NCBI RefSeq assembly: GCF_006345805.1
Contig: NC_043015.1
Span: 48,174,001 to 48,238,000, forward strand
Source of the DNA: Octopus sinensis
Taxonomy: Eukaryota
Length of the DNA: 64,000 nt
Reading direction: 5' to 3'
This document shows positions 50,691 through 62,917 of the stretch, one piece after another. A model generated the notes under the pieces. The model ran no database searches. It was not told the DNA's origin and saw nothing but the letters and a program-made list of their open reading frames with translations. Both the position numbers and the translations under genes were made by a program. Every line of letters begins with the position of its first letter. The stretch's first letter is position 1.

Positions 50691-50954
50691 CACTTTCCCA
50701 TGCTCACAAGAGCCGGATGGAATCTGCTGTGGCAGACTTTCTATGGATGGGTGCCCCTTCTGTCACCAACCTTCCCCTGTTTCCAAGCAAGGTAATATTT
50801 CCTCACGATCAGACATGTTTTCATGGAAGATTGGAAATAAAAGGCACCACTTGCTTAACAGTGACACTCATTTACCGCTATCACATGATGTCAGAGGAAT
50901 GAGTGAGTAACACACGCATGTACACATACACTGGCACATGCATACACACGACCG

Positions 50955-51140
50955 CGTGTGTACTGTTGGCGATTTTTTTTCCTCTGTCTTCCCTTCTCTG
51001 GATCTTTCCTTCTCCTATGTTTCCAACGAAGAGCTCCACTCGAAACATTAAACCCTCCTTCTTTCCTGAGCGTCCAATAATACTATATTTGTTCCACGTC
51101 CTCGCGTTGTTGTGTTTTTTTGTGCTTTCTTGTTTGGAAT
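50955..51140 (+). mobile_element. Degenerate copy of the third hammerhead-bearing family
   Basis: TGTTGGCGATTTTT...GAAGAGCTCCACTCGAAACATTAAA...TTTCCTGAGCGTC...CCACGTCCTCGCGTTGTT shared with 10345-10560. Confidence 0.55.
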
Positions 51141-51601
51141 AACTTCATACTCACACATGCATACACACAACATGCACACACACATAGATATGCATACACC
51201 CACCCACCTACACATACACTCACATATAGATACACCCACAAACACACACGCACACTCACACACACATACATGTGCACACAATGGGCTTCTTTCAGTTTCC
51301 AGCTACCAAATCCACTCTCAAGGCTTTGGTTGTCCTGAGGCTATAGTAGAAGACACTTGCCAAAGGTGCTGTGCAGTGGGACTGAACTTGAGACCTGAGT
51401 TTGTATTGCTTGAGGAAGATGTTAATGATAGAAAGAGAGAGAGAGAGTGATGATGATGATGAGAGATGGTAAGATGGTGATCATGATGATATAATCCTGT
51501 TCTTGAGGAGATTAATTGTTGCTGAGACAGCTTCTAATGTTGCTAACGACATTATAGAAATGGACTTAAGTCGATAAACAAGGGATAATCATTACAATAT
51601 A

Positions 51602-51986
51602 TCTCTATATATAAAGCTGAAGTTGTCTGTGGGTGGCAGGTTTGGTAGCCTTCAACTAACACTATCTCCTCCGAAACCCTGCGGCGCAAGTTGACCAAAA
51701 TTGAGAGTATGATAGAAGAAGGCTTGCTCTTCCTTCCGTAGAAGATAAAATTCAAATCGGACCATGTTAACACCAAAAATTATTTACATGAAAAAGGTGC
51801 TTTTTTTCTATGAAAATCCCTATTTTTTACGATTTTTTGACTGCTGTGTTGCCATTTTTTGGTGTATTTCTTAGTGTATTCACTTAGAGAGAATAACAAG
51901 CTACATAATGCAAAATTTTTACTTTTCAAAAATTCCAATTCTAAAGGGTCAAAACAAACCCAAGCAACGTGGGGCGATACTGCTTG
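51602..51986 (+). mobile_element. Non-autonomous Helitron, further variant
   Basis: A|TCTCTATATATAAAGCTGAAG start; CCCAAGCAACGTGGGGCGATACTGCTTG|T end (degenerate hairpin and CTAG). Confidence 0.7.
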
Positions 51987-52164
51987 TTAATTATATTTCA
52001 CTATCAGAGCTTAGTCCTGTTTTAGTTAGTTCCACCAACACCTCCTCTGTAGAAACACTTTTCTTAACCATAAAATACAGTTAGGGTTAGTTATTAGCAA
52101 AACCTAACAGTTTGGGAAAGATTTTATTGTTCGTTAATGCCTTTGAATATTATCAAGCAGCCTT

Positions 52165-53045
52165 GGAATAAGATTATCAAACAGGCTTGAAATAAAATTA
52201 TCAAACTTCAAATAAGATTATCAGATTTGAAATAAGATTATCAAGCAAACTTGAAATAAAAATCAAAAAGACATTAATAGAATTATCGAAGAGTTTAAAA
52301 TGAGATTATCAGACTTTATATAGAATTATCAAAAAGCATTTATATATGATTACTAAACAGACTTGAAATGAAATTATCAGACAGACATTAAATATGATTA
52401 TCAAACAAGCTTGAAATAAGATTATCAAACAAATTTGAAATAAAAATCAAAAAGACATCAAATAGAATTATCAAAAAGAGTTTAAAATAAGATTATCAAA
52501 CAGACTTTATATGGGATTATCAAGAAGCATTAAAAAATTTTTACTAAACAGACTTGAAATGAAATGAATGTGCTTATCAAATAAACTCGAAATAAGATTA
52601 TCAAACTTTTAAGATTATCTGATATGAAATGAGATTATTGAACAGTCTTTATATCGGAGTATTAGACAGACAAGAAATAATCAAACTTGCATTAAATAAG
52701 ATTATCAAAATGGCATTAAATAGGATTATCAAAAAGAGCTTAAATGAGATTATTAAACAGACTCAAAATGAAATTATCAAACAAACTTGAAATAAGATTA
52801 CCAAACAGACTTTCAGTAAGATTATCAAACAGACTATCAAATAGGATTATCAAATAGGATTATCAAACAGATTATCAAATAGAATTATCAAAAATATTTA
52901 AATACAATTATCAAACAAACATTAAATATGAATATCAAACTTGAACTAAAATTATCAAACAGATTTTCTAGATTATAAAAAATACTTTTATATATTATTA
53001 TTATATTATTGATAAGTGTTTAAATAAAATTATCAAACAGACTTA
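52165..53045. repeat. Degenerate ~20-24-bp satellite (AAATAAGATTATCAAACAGACTTG-like)
   Basis: Dozens of AGATTATCA/AAATTATCA cores at short regular spacing. Confidence 0.88.
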
Positions 53046-53189
53046 CCTAATTTAATGTCTCTATGCTTGTTTGTCATTTGAGTTGTTTTTGTTGTTTGTT
53101 TTTTTTAATTCTCTTTTGGAAGTATATTCGAACTGCAAATATTTACCTTCAAGATGTTATGATGAAGGCAGTAAATCTCTTCAGTTGTT

Positions 53190-53203
53190 GTTTCCATAGC
53201 AAC
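53190..53203. promoter_or_regulatory. Intronic RFX X-box candidate GTTTCCATAGCAAC
   Basis: Close to the canonical palindromic X-box; function unknown. Confidence 0.35.
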
Positions 53204-54560
53204 TGTTCTTTATGTTGAAGTTACTTCTCCTTTCATAAAGACCTTGTTCCTAATTATAGTACGTTCATTAATATTTAATTATGATATCTTTGTCAATGTT
53301 TAATCACTCATTTCCCGTACAAAAACCGGTACACTAATTTATGAAAAAGAATTGAGGATTATGAAGAGTTTGTTGTTAGACTAATTAATTAAATATGATG
53401 AATAATTATAAAAGGTTTGCTTTTAGATTAATCAATTAAACATAATGGTTTATCTTTGTTTCAGTCTTTGGGCTGTGGCCATACTGGGGCACCGCCTTGA
53501 AGTGTTTAGTTGAACAAGTCAACTCCAGTATTTATTTTTGAAGTCTGGCACTTATTCTATCAATCTCTTTTTGTTGAACTGCTAAGCTACAGGAGCATAC
53601 GCAAACCAACATCAGTTGTCAAGCTGTGGTGGGAAACAAACACACACAAATAAATATATACATACATGTATGTATGTATGTATACACACACATGTATAAA
53701 CATATGTATACATGACCTTAACCACTTGAGCATGTCCCTTAGTAGAGGAACAGGAGTAGTGGGGGAGCATCATAGCCATGTGTTGAGAGGAATTCTTTGG
53801 AGTTTGAATAAATGTAACAGAAGTAAAGTCTGAAGGAAATATTAGCTATTTTCCATACTTCCTTGGGGTAAGCAAATAGGAAATAACAGTGGCTACCCAA
53901 GGACAAAAATCACACAGTGAGTGTGTGTGTGTGTGTGTACATGTGTGCTTGCTAGAAAGTGTGATGACAGTTGCTTCTGATAGGACTCTATGAAGGAGGT
54001 GCCTGATGACTCTATCCTCATGGCCTTCCCAGAAATAGTAGGTATAGAAGATGCGTGGAGAGATGGATAATTTTTATCACGTAGGTGCAGGAGTGGCTGT
54101 GTGGTAAGTAGCTTGCTTACCAACTACATGGTTCCGGGTTCAGTCCCACTGTGTGGCACCTTGAGCAAGTGTTTTCTACTATAACCTCGGGCCAACCAAA
54201 GCCTTGTGAGTGGATTTGGTAGACGGAAACTGAAAGAAGCTTGTCGTATATATGTATATATATATATGTTTGTGTGTGTATATGTTTGTGTGGCTGTGTT
54301 TGTCCCCACCCATCAACATCGCTTGACAACCGATGCTGGTGTGTTTATGTCTATGTAACCTAGCGGTTCGGCAAAAGAGACATAGAATAAGTACTAGGCT
54401 TACAAAGAATAAGTCCTGGGGTTGATTTGTTTGACTAAAGGCAGTGCTCCAGCATGGCCACAGTCAAATGACTGAAACAAGTAAAAGAGTAAGAGAATAT
54501 TGCTTACAGAAATGCCTTGATATTGATTTCAAATATTTTTTATTTCATGTAATTGCTTAG

Positions 54561-54604
54561 AAGCCAATGAACAAAGTGAGAATGCAGAGGAAGAGCACCC
54601 AGAG
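54561..54604 (+). CDS. AK9: AK9 small exon 12 (ANEQSENAEEEHPE)
   Basis: CTTAG/GTAGAT boundaries; converts phase 1 to phase 0 exactly as required between its neighbours. Weak homology support. Confidence 0.6.
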
Positions 54605-55327
54605 GTAGATATATACTTTCGTTACCTGTGGTCACTAGTTCTTTGTTGTTGTTGTTGTTGTTGTCAAGGTTCTTGTTGCTATTGTTGATCATGCTGTTAT
54701 ATTACTGCTGTGTTGCTACTGTTGTTTCTGCTGTTGTTATGGCTGTTGGTTAGGGTGTTGCGCTCATGATCGCTGGAGCATGATTTCAATTCCTAGACCA
54801 GGCGGTGTGCTGTGTTCTTGAGCAAAACACTTCATCTCACATCACTCTTTGTGATCACTTCGACACCTGACACGTGATACACCGTGCACCTGTTTGGGCA
54901 ACGTCAGTTTGATGGAGGACGGAGTGAGCTAATCTACAGCACATATATTTAATTGCTATAAATAAATCATTTGTGTGCAGGTCATTCACAAAAAAAGCTG
55001 AACACTCATACGTTGTTTTCGACGGGAAAGTCCGTCAATATTATTATTATTATTATTGAGTGAGAGAGCAGTTCATGCCTATCAAAGTGACACTGGGGTA
55101 AAATATACGAAGCCCAATATACCCATCATGACTACCCGTCTGATAAGGGTACACCAGGCACATGCATCACAACCATATGTGTGCGACATGGTGATCTCAT
55201 ATCAAGATAAACAACACATGACCTTGCAGGTGGGGCCCAGTTAGAATTTTCTTCAGGTTGAGTAGCCCATCCCGCTCAAGAGGTCCCGGAATAAGGATTG
55301 TTTAAGATTATTATTATTATCATCATC

Positions 55328-55371
<44 letters not shown>

Positions 55372-56195
55372 CATCATCATTATTATTATTATTATCATCA
55401 TCATCATCGTCATCATTATTATTAAGATGGTTTGTTGGCAGAATCTTTACCAAACCAGAAAATATGCTTCGTGGCATGTTATCTGTCATTACATTCTGAG
55501 TTCAAATTCTGTTGAGGCTGACTTTGCCTTTCATCCTTTCGGAGTCAATAAAATAAGTACCAGTCAAACACTGGGGTCAAAGTAATCGACTTATCCCTTT
55601 CCCCAAAGTTGCTGGCCATGTGCCAAAATTTGAAATCATTATTATTATTATTGAAGCGGCGAGCTGGCAGAATCAGAGTCTGTCTTCACGTTCTGTGTTC
55701 AAATGCCACCAGGGTTGACTTTATCTTTTATTCTTTCGGGGTCAATAAATTAAGTACCAGTTACGCACTGGGCTTGATATAATCAACTTAATCCCTTCCC
55801 CCAAATTTGAGGCTTTATGCTTCCATTAGAAAGGATTATTATTGTTGTTGTTGTTGTTGTTGTTGTTATTGCTGCAGTTGCTGTGATTTCTCTTGTTGAA
55901 GCTGCTGCTGCTGCTGTTGTTGTTGTTGCTACAGTTGTTGTGGTTTCTGTTGTTGCTGTAGTTGTTGTTGTTGTTGTTGTTGTTGCTGCCACCATTGTTG
56001 TTAATCTTTCGCCCAGTGCCAATCCTGATCAAAGGCATTCTTACAATAACAACCTCATCTTTTTTTCATGCCTGACGCATCTAGGACTACATTATTTAAT
56101 GTGTCCTTTTCCTGGCTGCTATTTCTAGCAAGTCATGCAGCTGTGTAGAATCTCCCATCTCTTTCTATTATTATTAGTGTTAGAGAGAGATAGGC

Positions 56196-56247
<52 letters not shown>

Positions 56248-58274
56248 CACACACACACACACACACTCACTCACACACACACACACACACACACTCATGT
56301 ATGCCCACATGTTCTGCAATCATTTTGTCATCTGACATGTGGCACCTGTACAGGTAATGTCGATTTGATGGAAGGTGCGAGCTTATGTCTACACAAATAT
56401 TTGATCACTATAAACAAATCATCTGTTTGGTTGTTCAGTAAGAAATTGTCGAACCCTCATCTGTCATCTGATGACAGGAGAGTCCATTATATATATATAT
56501 ATATATATATATGTGGAGACACAATGGCCTAGTGGTTAGGGCAGCGGACTCGCGGTTTCGATTCCCAGACCGGGCGTTGTGAGTGTTTATTGAGCGAAAA
56601 CACCTAAAAGCTCCACGAGGCTCCAGCTGGGGGTGGTGATCCCTGCTGTACTCTTTCACCACTCTTTCTTCTGTTGGCCTGCTCGCTTAGCCAGTGGGGT
56701 GGCGTCATTCGAAGGCTAAAACAATGCGAACGCATTGTGACCAGCGATGTGTAACAACATCTGATGGTCTGGTCGGTCACGTGATATATATATATATATA
56801 TAGTATATAAGTATATATTTATGTATGTATGTATTTGTGTGTCTGTGTTTGTCCCCCCCCCCATCATCACTTTACAACCAATGTCAATGTGTTTACATCC
56901 CTGTAACTTAGCAGTTTGGCAAAGGAGACCAATAAGATAAGCACCACACTCACAAAGAATAAGTCGTGAGGTCAATTTCTTCGACTAAAATACCCTTCAA
57001 GGCCATGTTCCAGCATGGCCACAGTCAAATAACTGAAACAAGTAAAGGAATAAAAAGAATAAATGTTATATATTATAATGTTATGTGGCCACCACTATTT
57101 GGAAAGGATGTCTAAATAGATTGTACACAATTAAAGATTTTTGTTGTGTTATCCTGAAAAGAAGGACTCTTAATAATGAGAAACCAGTCAAGTGGTATTA
57201 TGCCAAAGTTTATAAGCAACACACCAGTTTTACAAAAGTAAATGGCAAAAGTTTCAAAGTAAGAGCATAATCTTGCTTTTTATGATAGCATATGTTTTGA
57301 ATAGACCATTATTTGGGTTAGTTATTTTTTTTTTTTTTTTGTGATGCCAGTGCCACCTGACTGGCTCCCCATGACGTGACACGTAAAAAGCACCGTCTGA
57401 ATGTGGTTGAAGCCAGTGCCGCCTGACTGGCTCCCGAGCCGGTGGCATGTAGAAAGCACTCACTACACTCTCGGAGTGGCTGGCATTAGGAAGGGCATCC
57501 AGCAGTAGAAACAGTGCCAGATAAGACTGGAGCCGGTGCTGCCTACTGGCTTGCCAGTCCTCAATCAAACCGTCCAACCCATGCCAGCATGGAAAACAGA
57601 CATTAAATGATGATGGTGGTGGCGGTGGCAGCGATCGTCATTGTTTTTTGACTTCCTGTGCAGTTGTAAAGAATAACGATAAATGTCGCCCTTTTCAAGC
57701 CTAGCCAGGCTCATGGGCCCGGTTTCCCGGTTTCTGTGGTGTATGTGTTCCTCCCAGCTGGACAAGATGCCAGTCCATCACAGTGTTACTCAAGAAACAG
57801 GAAGAGAGAGTGAGAGAAAGTTGTGGTGAAAGAGTACAGCAGGGGTCGCTACCGCCCCCTGCGGGAGCCTTGTGGAGCTTTAGGTGTTTTCGCTCAATAG
57901 ACACACACAATGCCCGGTCTGGGAATCGAAACCGCGATCCTCCAACCGCAAGTCCGCTGCCCTAACCACTGGGCCATTGTGCCTCCACGTTGTAAAGAAT
58001 ACTCAATCTAAAACACTGCTGGTTCAAATTTATACAAGACCACAACTAATAAACTATTTTCATTCAAAAACAAAACAGTAGTTTTAGTGGCATGCTTTTT
58101 TTTTTGTTTGTTTGTTATACTCAAAACTCTGGACTTCCTGACAATTATATATTTTTGAGTCAAGCTGTTACTGTTGATACGCGATAAAAAAATTAGTTAC
58201 AGTTCTTCAATAATTAGGGAAAAAAAAATGTTTCTTCTTTATCTTATAAATTGTGCCTTTTCTTTAATTCATAG

Positions 58275-58416
58275 ATATTTATTAGTGAAATTATTGACCA
58301 ACTACTTGAAAGAGTGGAGCTGGACATTAAAGACAGAGATAGGTTCCCTTCTGATGAAGATGATAATACCGAAGATCTCGAACCTGAAGTAGAACATATT
58401 ACAGAAGAAGAAATTG
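58275..58416 (+). CDS. AK9: AK9 exon 13 (IFISEIIDQLLERVELDIKDRDRFPSDEDD...EEEI)
   Basis: CATAG/GTAAAC boundaries, open acidic frame, phase 0-1. Confidence 0.75.
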
Positions 58417-59044
58417 GTAAACTGTCATAAATTTTATCTTTCTACAACAATGGAATATTTTCTCTGTTTATAGAGTAGTCCAATCCTCAATCTCCATCAC
58501 AGCTAGTTTTCTTGCTGAAATAACTTTACAGTGTGAGCCTAGTTAACATTCAGCTGTGATTATATGGTTTATTATAATCTTTAAAGGCACTAGAAGCAAA
58601 TATTGTGTTTATTCATGTTGTAAAAAATAACCATAAGCATTTTAGGCGCAGGAGTGGCTGTGTGGTAAGTAGCTTGCTAACCAACCACATGGTTCCGGGT
58701 TCAGTCCCACCGCGTGGCATCTTGGGCAAGTGTCTTCTGCTATAGCCCCAGGCCGACCAATGCCTTGTGAGTGGATTTGGTAGACGGAAACTGAAAGAAG
58801 CCTGTCGTATATATGTATATATATAATATTATGTGAAATAGAAAGATGAATAATCTTGTAGTAGATTAATCAAAAGTTTAACCGATACCTTAGTAGCAAA
58901 AATCACAGCAGTGAACAGCACGGTTGGAGGTACAACCATCTGGCGTTGCAACCGTGCGTTGGTGCGGATAATTGAAATTAAAACATTATTGTGAATTGAA
59001 GAAATGGAGCTGAACGCAGATTGAACAGAAATCGTTTTATTTCA

Positions 59045-59124
59045 TTCTACACGTGTTTCGAAAGGCACAAATTACCAAAATCCGATTGAATAATGGGACC
59101 ATATTGTGTTTTTCTCTTCAGGAG
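59045..59124 (-). ncRNA. Type I hammerhead ribozyme motif (mirror copy)
   Basis: Minus strand has CTGAAGA (59121-59115), GAAA (59059-59056) and CACGTGTA; helix I is weaker than in the + copy. Confidence 0.65.
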
Positions 59125-59240
59125 AAAAAAGGAAATCCGTTGGAAAAACAAATCGCCATGGGCTCTTAGGAGCACAGTTCGATTTGTTTTTTGCTCTGCC
59201 TCTGTTCTGTTTTTGTTTTTCCAACGGATCTCCTTTTTTC

Positions 59241-59319
59241 TTCCTGAAGAGAAAGACACAATATGGTCCCATTATTCATCGGATTTTGGTAATTTGTGCC
59301 TTTCGAAACACGTGTAGAA
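59241..59319 (+). ncRNA. Type I hammerhead ribozyme motif
   Basis: TTC-CTGAAGA(59244-50)-helix II GAAAG.CACAA/TTGTG.CTTTC-GAAA(59305-08)-C-ACGT-GTA(59314-16)-GAA closing helix I. Confidence 0.75.
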
Positions 59320-59377
59320 TGAAATAAAACGATTTCTGTTCAATCTGCGTTCAGCTCCATTTCTTCAATTCACCAAT

Positions 59378-59457
<80 letters not shown>

Positions 59458-59741
59458 TTGACAACCGATGCTGGTGTGTTTACGTCCCCGTCACTTAGCT
59501 GTTCGGCAAAAGAGACCAATAGAATAAGTACTGGGCTTACAAAGAATAAGTCCCGGGGTCGATTTGCTCGACTAAAGGCAGTGCTCCAGCATGGCCGCAG
59601 TCAAATGACTGAAACAAGTAAAAGAGTAAAAGAGTAAAGAGTATCTCCATTGATCCAGAACATTCTTTTGTGTTGTACTTTTTGTAATTGAAGATAAAAT
59701 TTCTGGTGTTTTTGATCTACTTTTTTCTTTCTTGTTATAAG

Positions 59742-59967
59742 TACCAAAAGAACTTGATCACGATGAGTTGACAAAACTACAGCTGGAGAAAGAGTTAGAG
59801 GAGGTTGATGAGGACAATGAAGAAGTTAAAATTATTGTGGAAAAATTAATGCTTGAATATGCTGAACTTAGTATTGCATTCACACCTCGAGACCAATATC
59901 AGTTAATGGAAAGAGTTATTCAATCAATAGAGATGGACAATGGCAAAGAATCAATCACCAATATTAG
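59742..59967 (+). CDS. AK9: AK9 exon 14 (PKELDHDELTKLQLEKELEEVDEDNEEVKIIVEK...ESITNIR)
   Basis: Polypyrimidine tract plus AAG acceptor, GTATGA donor; resembles the AK9 EEV..D.PEV..IIE region. Confidence 0.85.
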
Positions 59968-60220
59968 GTATGAAATAATTGCTATAAAATTAATGTCAGC
60001 TTTGTAGATTTGTTTGTATTTCTTTTGTGTCTTAACAACCACAAAATTAGGGTTTCATCCAAGTTGGGTCTATTCAGCGTTGGTATAATTAGACTCCAAT
60101 GTTCTTTCAGCCAGACATTTTATACATCAGTCAATATTGAGAAAAAATATTACTTGATAATGTAGATTTGAAAATAAGTATTTCTTAAAATTATGTACCA
60201 TTCCACAAACAGAATATTAA

Positions 60221-60441
60221 CCCTTTCGATACCAACCTGCCTGAAATCGCCTCTGACTCTGTAGTATAAATGTCTTGTTTTCAAAAGTTTTGAATTAAAA
60301 TCTGCCACCAAACCTTAGTCACAATTTATGTTCCTAACACTAGCTTAATGGTAACTAAGTTATTTTACTTAATTCATTGTTATATTTGAAGCAATTGAAA
60401 GAAACACAGAGCATCTCAAAATAAATACGGTAACGAAAGGG
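60221..60441 (+). mobile_element. piggyBac-type MITE, same family
   Basis: TTAA|CCCTTTCGATACC ... GGTAACGAAAGGG|TTAA. Confidence 0.88.
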
Positions 60442-62697
60442 TTAATTGGATTATAATTAAAATGGACAATCCTTATATTGTCACGTTTGTCCGTCAAAGC
60501 AATAAGGACCATCTAGTGATCCTTAAGGATGACTGATGACCTGCATGGGGACCTTGTTTGAAATGAAGAATGGTTGTGCACTATTGACCACACGATCTCA
60601 CCTGTGACCATCTGTCTGTGGCCAGACCAGGTGAAGACAACTAAGGATGGAGATGGGTGATGAGTAGATGACCGAGATGTCATAACTGTTTCGTCTTGCT
60701 CCCTACACTCCACAATGCATTGCTGCAGCCACCACCCACCTCCATTGGACCATGAAGGTTTCTTCCCCATAGACCACTGGATTCAGTCTTCACATGCATA
60801 TGTAGGGAAGCTCTAATATGTTAATTAACCCATAGCTGAGAGCCTGAAAGGTGTTACTATTCTGGGTCAGAGTAGATCTGGGAACAGTAGTGGCAAAGAG
60901 GTGATTCCACACTGCTCAGAACCCTGGAAATCTCAAACCAGGGCCTCACTACTGGAAGCAGTTTAAAGTCATACCCAGGACAAATTCTTTATTCTCTTTT
61001 ACGCTTTTACTTGTTTCAGTTATTTGACTGCGGCCATGCTGGAGCACCGCCTTCAATTGAGCAACTCAACCCCGGGACTTATTCTTTTGTAAGCCCAGTA
61101 CTTATTCCATCGGTCTCTTTTGCCGAACCGCTAAGTTACGGGGACATAAACACACCAGCATTGGTTGTCAAGCAATGCTATAGGGGGACAAACACAGACA
61201 CACACACACGCACATATATATACATATATACGACAAGCTTCTTTCAGTTTCCGTCTACCAAATCCACTCACAAGGCTTTGGTCGGCCCGAGGCTATAGTA
61301 GAAGACACTTGCCCAAGGAGCCACGCAGTGGGACTGAACCCGGAACCATGTGGTTGGTAAACAAGCTTCTTACCACACAGCCACTCCTGCACCATTCTTT
61401 TTATATACAATGTGAAGGTATGTAGCTTAGTGGTTATGGTATTCAGCTCGTGATCATTAGGTTGTGAGTTCAATTTCCAGCTATGCATTGTGTCTTTCAG
61501 CAAGACATTGTATTTGTTGTTGCTCCGGTCACTTCAATTCACATTGCAAGACACTTTATTTCACATTGCACTCAGCTAACAAAAATGCATTGTACCTGTT
61601 TCAGTTATTTGACTGCGACCCTGCTGGAGCACCACCTTCAATCGAGCAACTCGACCCCGGGACTTATTCTTTTGTAAGCCCAGTACTTATTCTATCGGTC
61701 ACATTTGCCGAACCGCTAAGTTACGGGGACAGTTCAAAGGGGCCAGCCTTGTCACACTCTGTGTCACACTGAATCTCCCTGAGAACTACATTAAGGGTAC
61801 ACGTGTCTGTGGAATGCTCAGTCATTAGCTTGTTAATTTCACAAGCAGGCTGTCCTGTTGATTGGATCACCTGGAAACCTTGTCATCATGACCGATGGAG
61901 CACCAAAATATATACTATATGACTGGTGGACATGGCATGGATCTAACTTCACTGAAGCAGTAGAAGGCCCAACTCAGGCAAAATCAGGATTGTTTGATTT
62001 TAAAACTTGCATGGTCTCTCGAATAATTTAACCCTAAATTCATTTTAGAGTAGGGGTTAGATAGACATGCTTTTTTAAGATGAATTCATTGATATGTTCA
62101 ATGGTGTGTTATACATTACATAAGATATGTTTAGAGGTGCAGTGTGGCTATGGGGCTTGGATGTCTGTTTCACAACCATGGGGTTTTGAGTTCAGTCCCA
62201 CTGTACAGCATCTTGGGTAAGTGTCTTCTACTACAGTCCAGACCAACCAAAGCCTTGTTAGTCGATTTGGTCTGAGGAATCTGAAGGAAGCCTGTTGTGT
62301 GTGTGTGTTTGTGTGTGTGTGTATGTGTGTGTGTGGGTGTGTGTGTGTGTTACAACCTCTCTGCCTCTAAAATCACGTGATAGTTGTAAATGCATGTCAC
62401 CATAAATCAGGCAGCATCCTTTGTTTCCAATCTTCCATGGAAACATGTCTTGTCATGGGGGAAATATCATCTTTGGTGAGAGTTGGTGACAGGAAGGGCA
62501 TTGGAAATTTGCTTCAACAAATTCCCTTCAACCTGTGTGAGCATGGAAAATTGGACATCAAAACGATGATCATCATCATGATGACAAGTGTATACAATAG
62601 TCAAACAGCCATAGCTGCTTTATTCCTCCTTCAAATGAATAAAAACACAAGGAAATCCTCTCCCATCACTCAAACAATGTGTGTAACCACCTGTCTA

Positions 62698-62886
62698 GTG
62701 CATTATTTACATTATTTACATTCAACAGATATTTGTCTTCATCTTGTTTGTTGTTAACCCGTTTCAGCTGATGTACCCTCCAAGCCTTCTTTAGGTGTCT
62801 TGGGGAAATTTTGAACTTTGGTTCTCATTCCTAAGGTATTTTTCAATGTCATTATTGTTGTTGTTATAATAATAATAAGAATAATG

Positions 62887-62917
<31 letters not shown>

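Larger units (their letters stand above)
58826..59385. mobile_element. Penelope-like/retrozyme-type element with ~173-bp inverted arms, each carrying a hammerhead motif; inserted in the (TA)n of a SINE-A
   Basis: Arms ~58980-59152 and ~59211-59385 are reverse complements with only a handful of differences. SINE-A halves flank the element (58645-58825 and 59430-59640). Confidence 0.75.

Noticed and set aside
50040-50693. 217-aa Asp/Gly-rich ORF (biomineralisation-protein-like)
   Set aside because: It is the expanded (GAT)n tail of a retroposon, open in multiple frames, and lies inside an AK9 intron.
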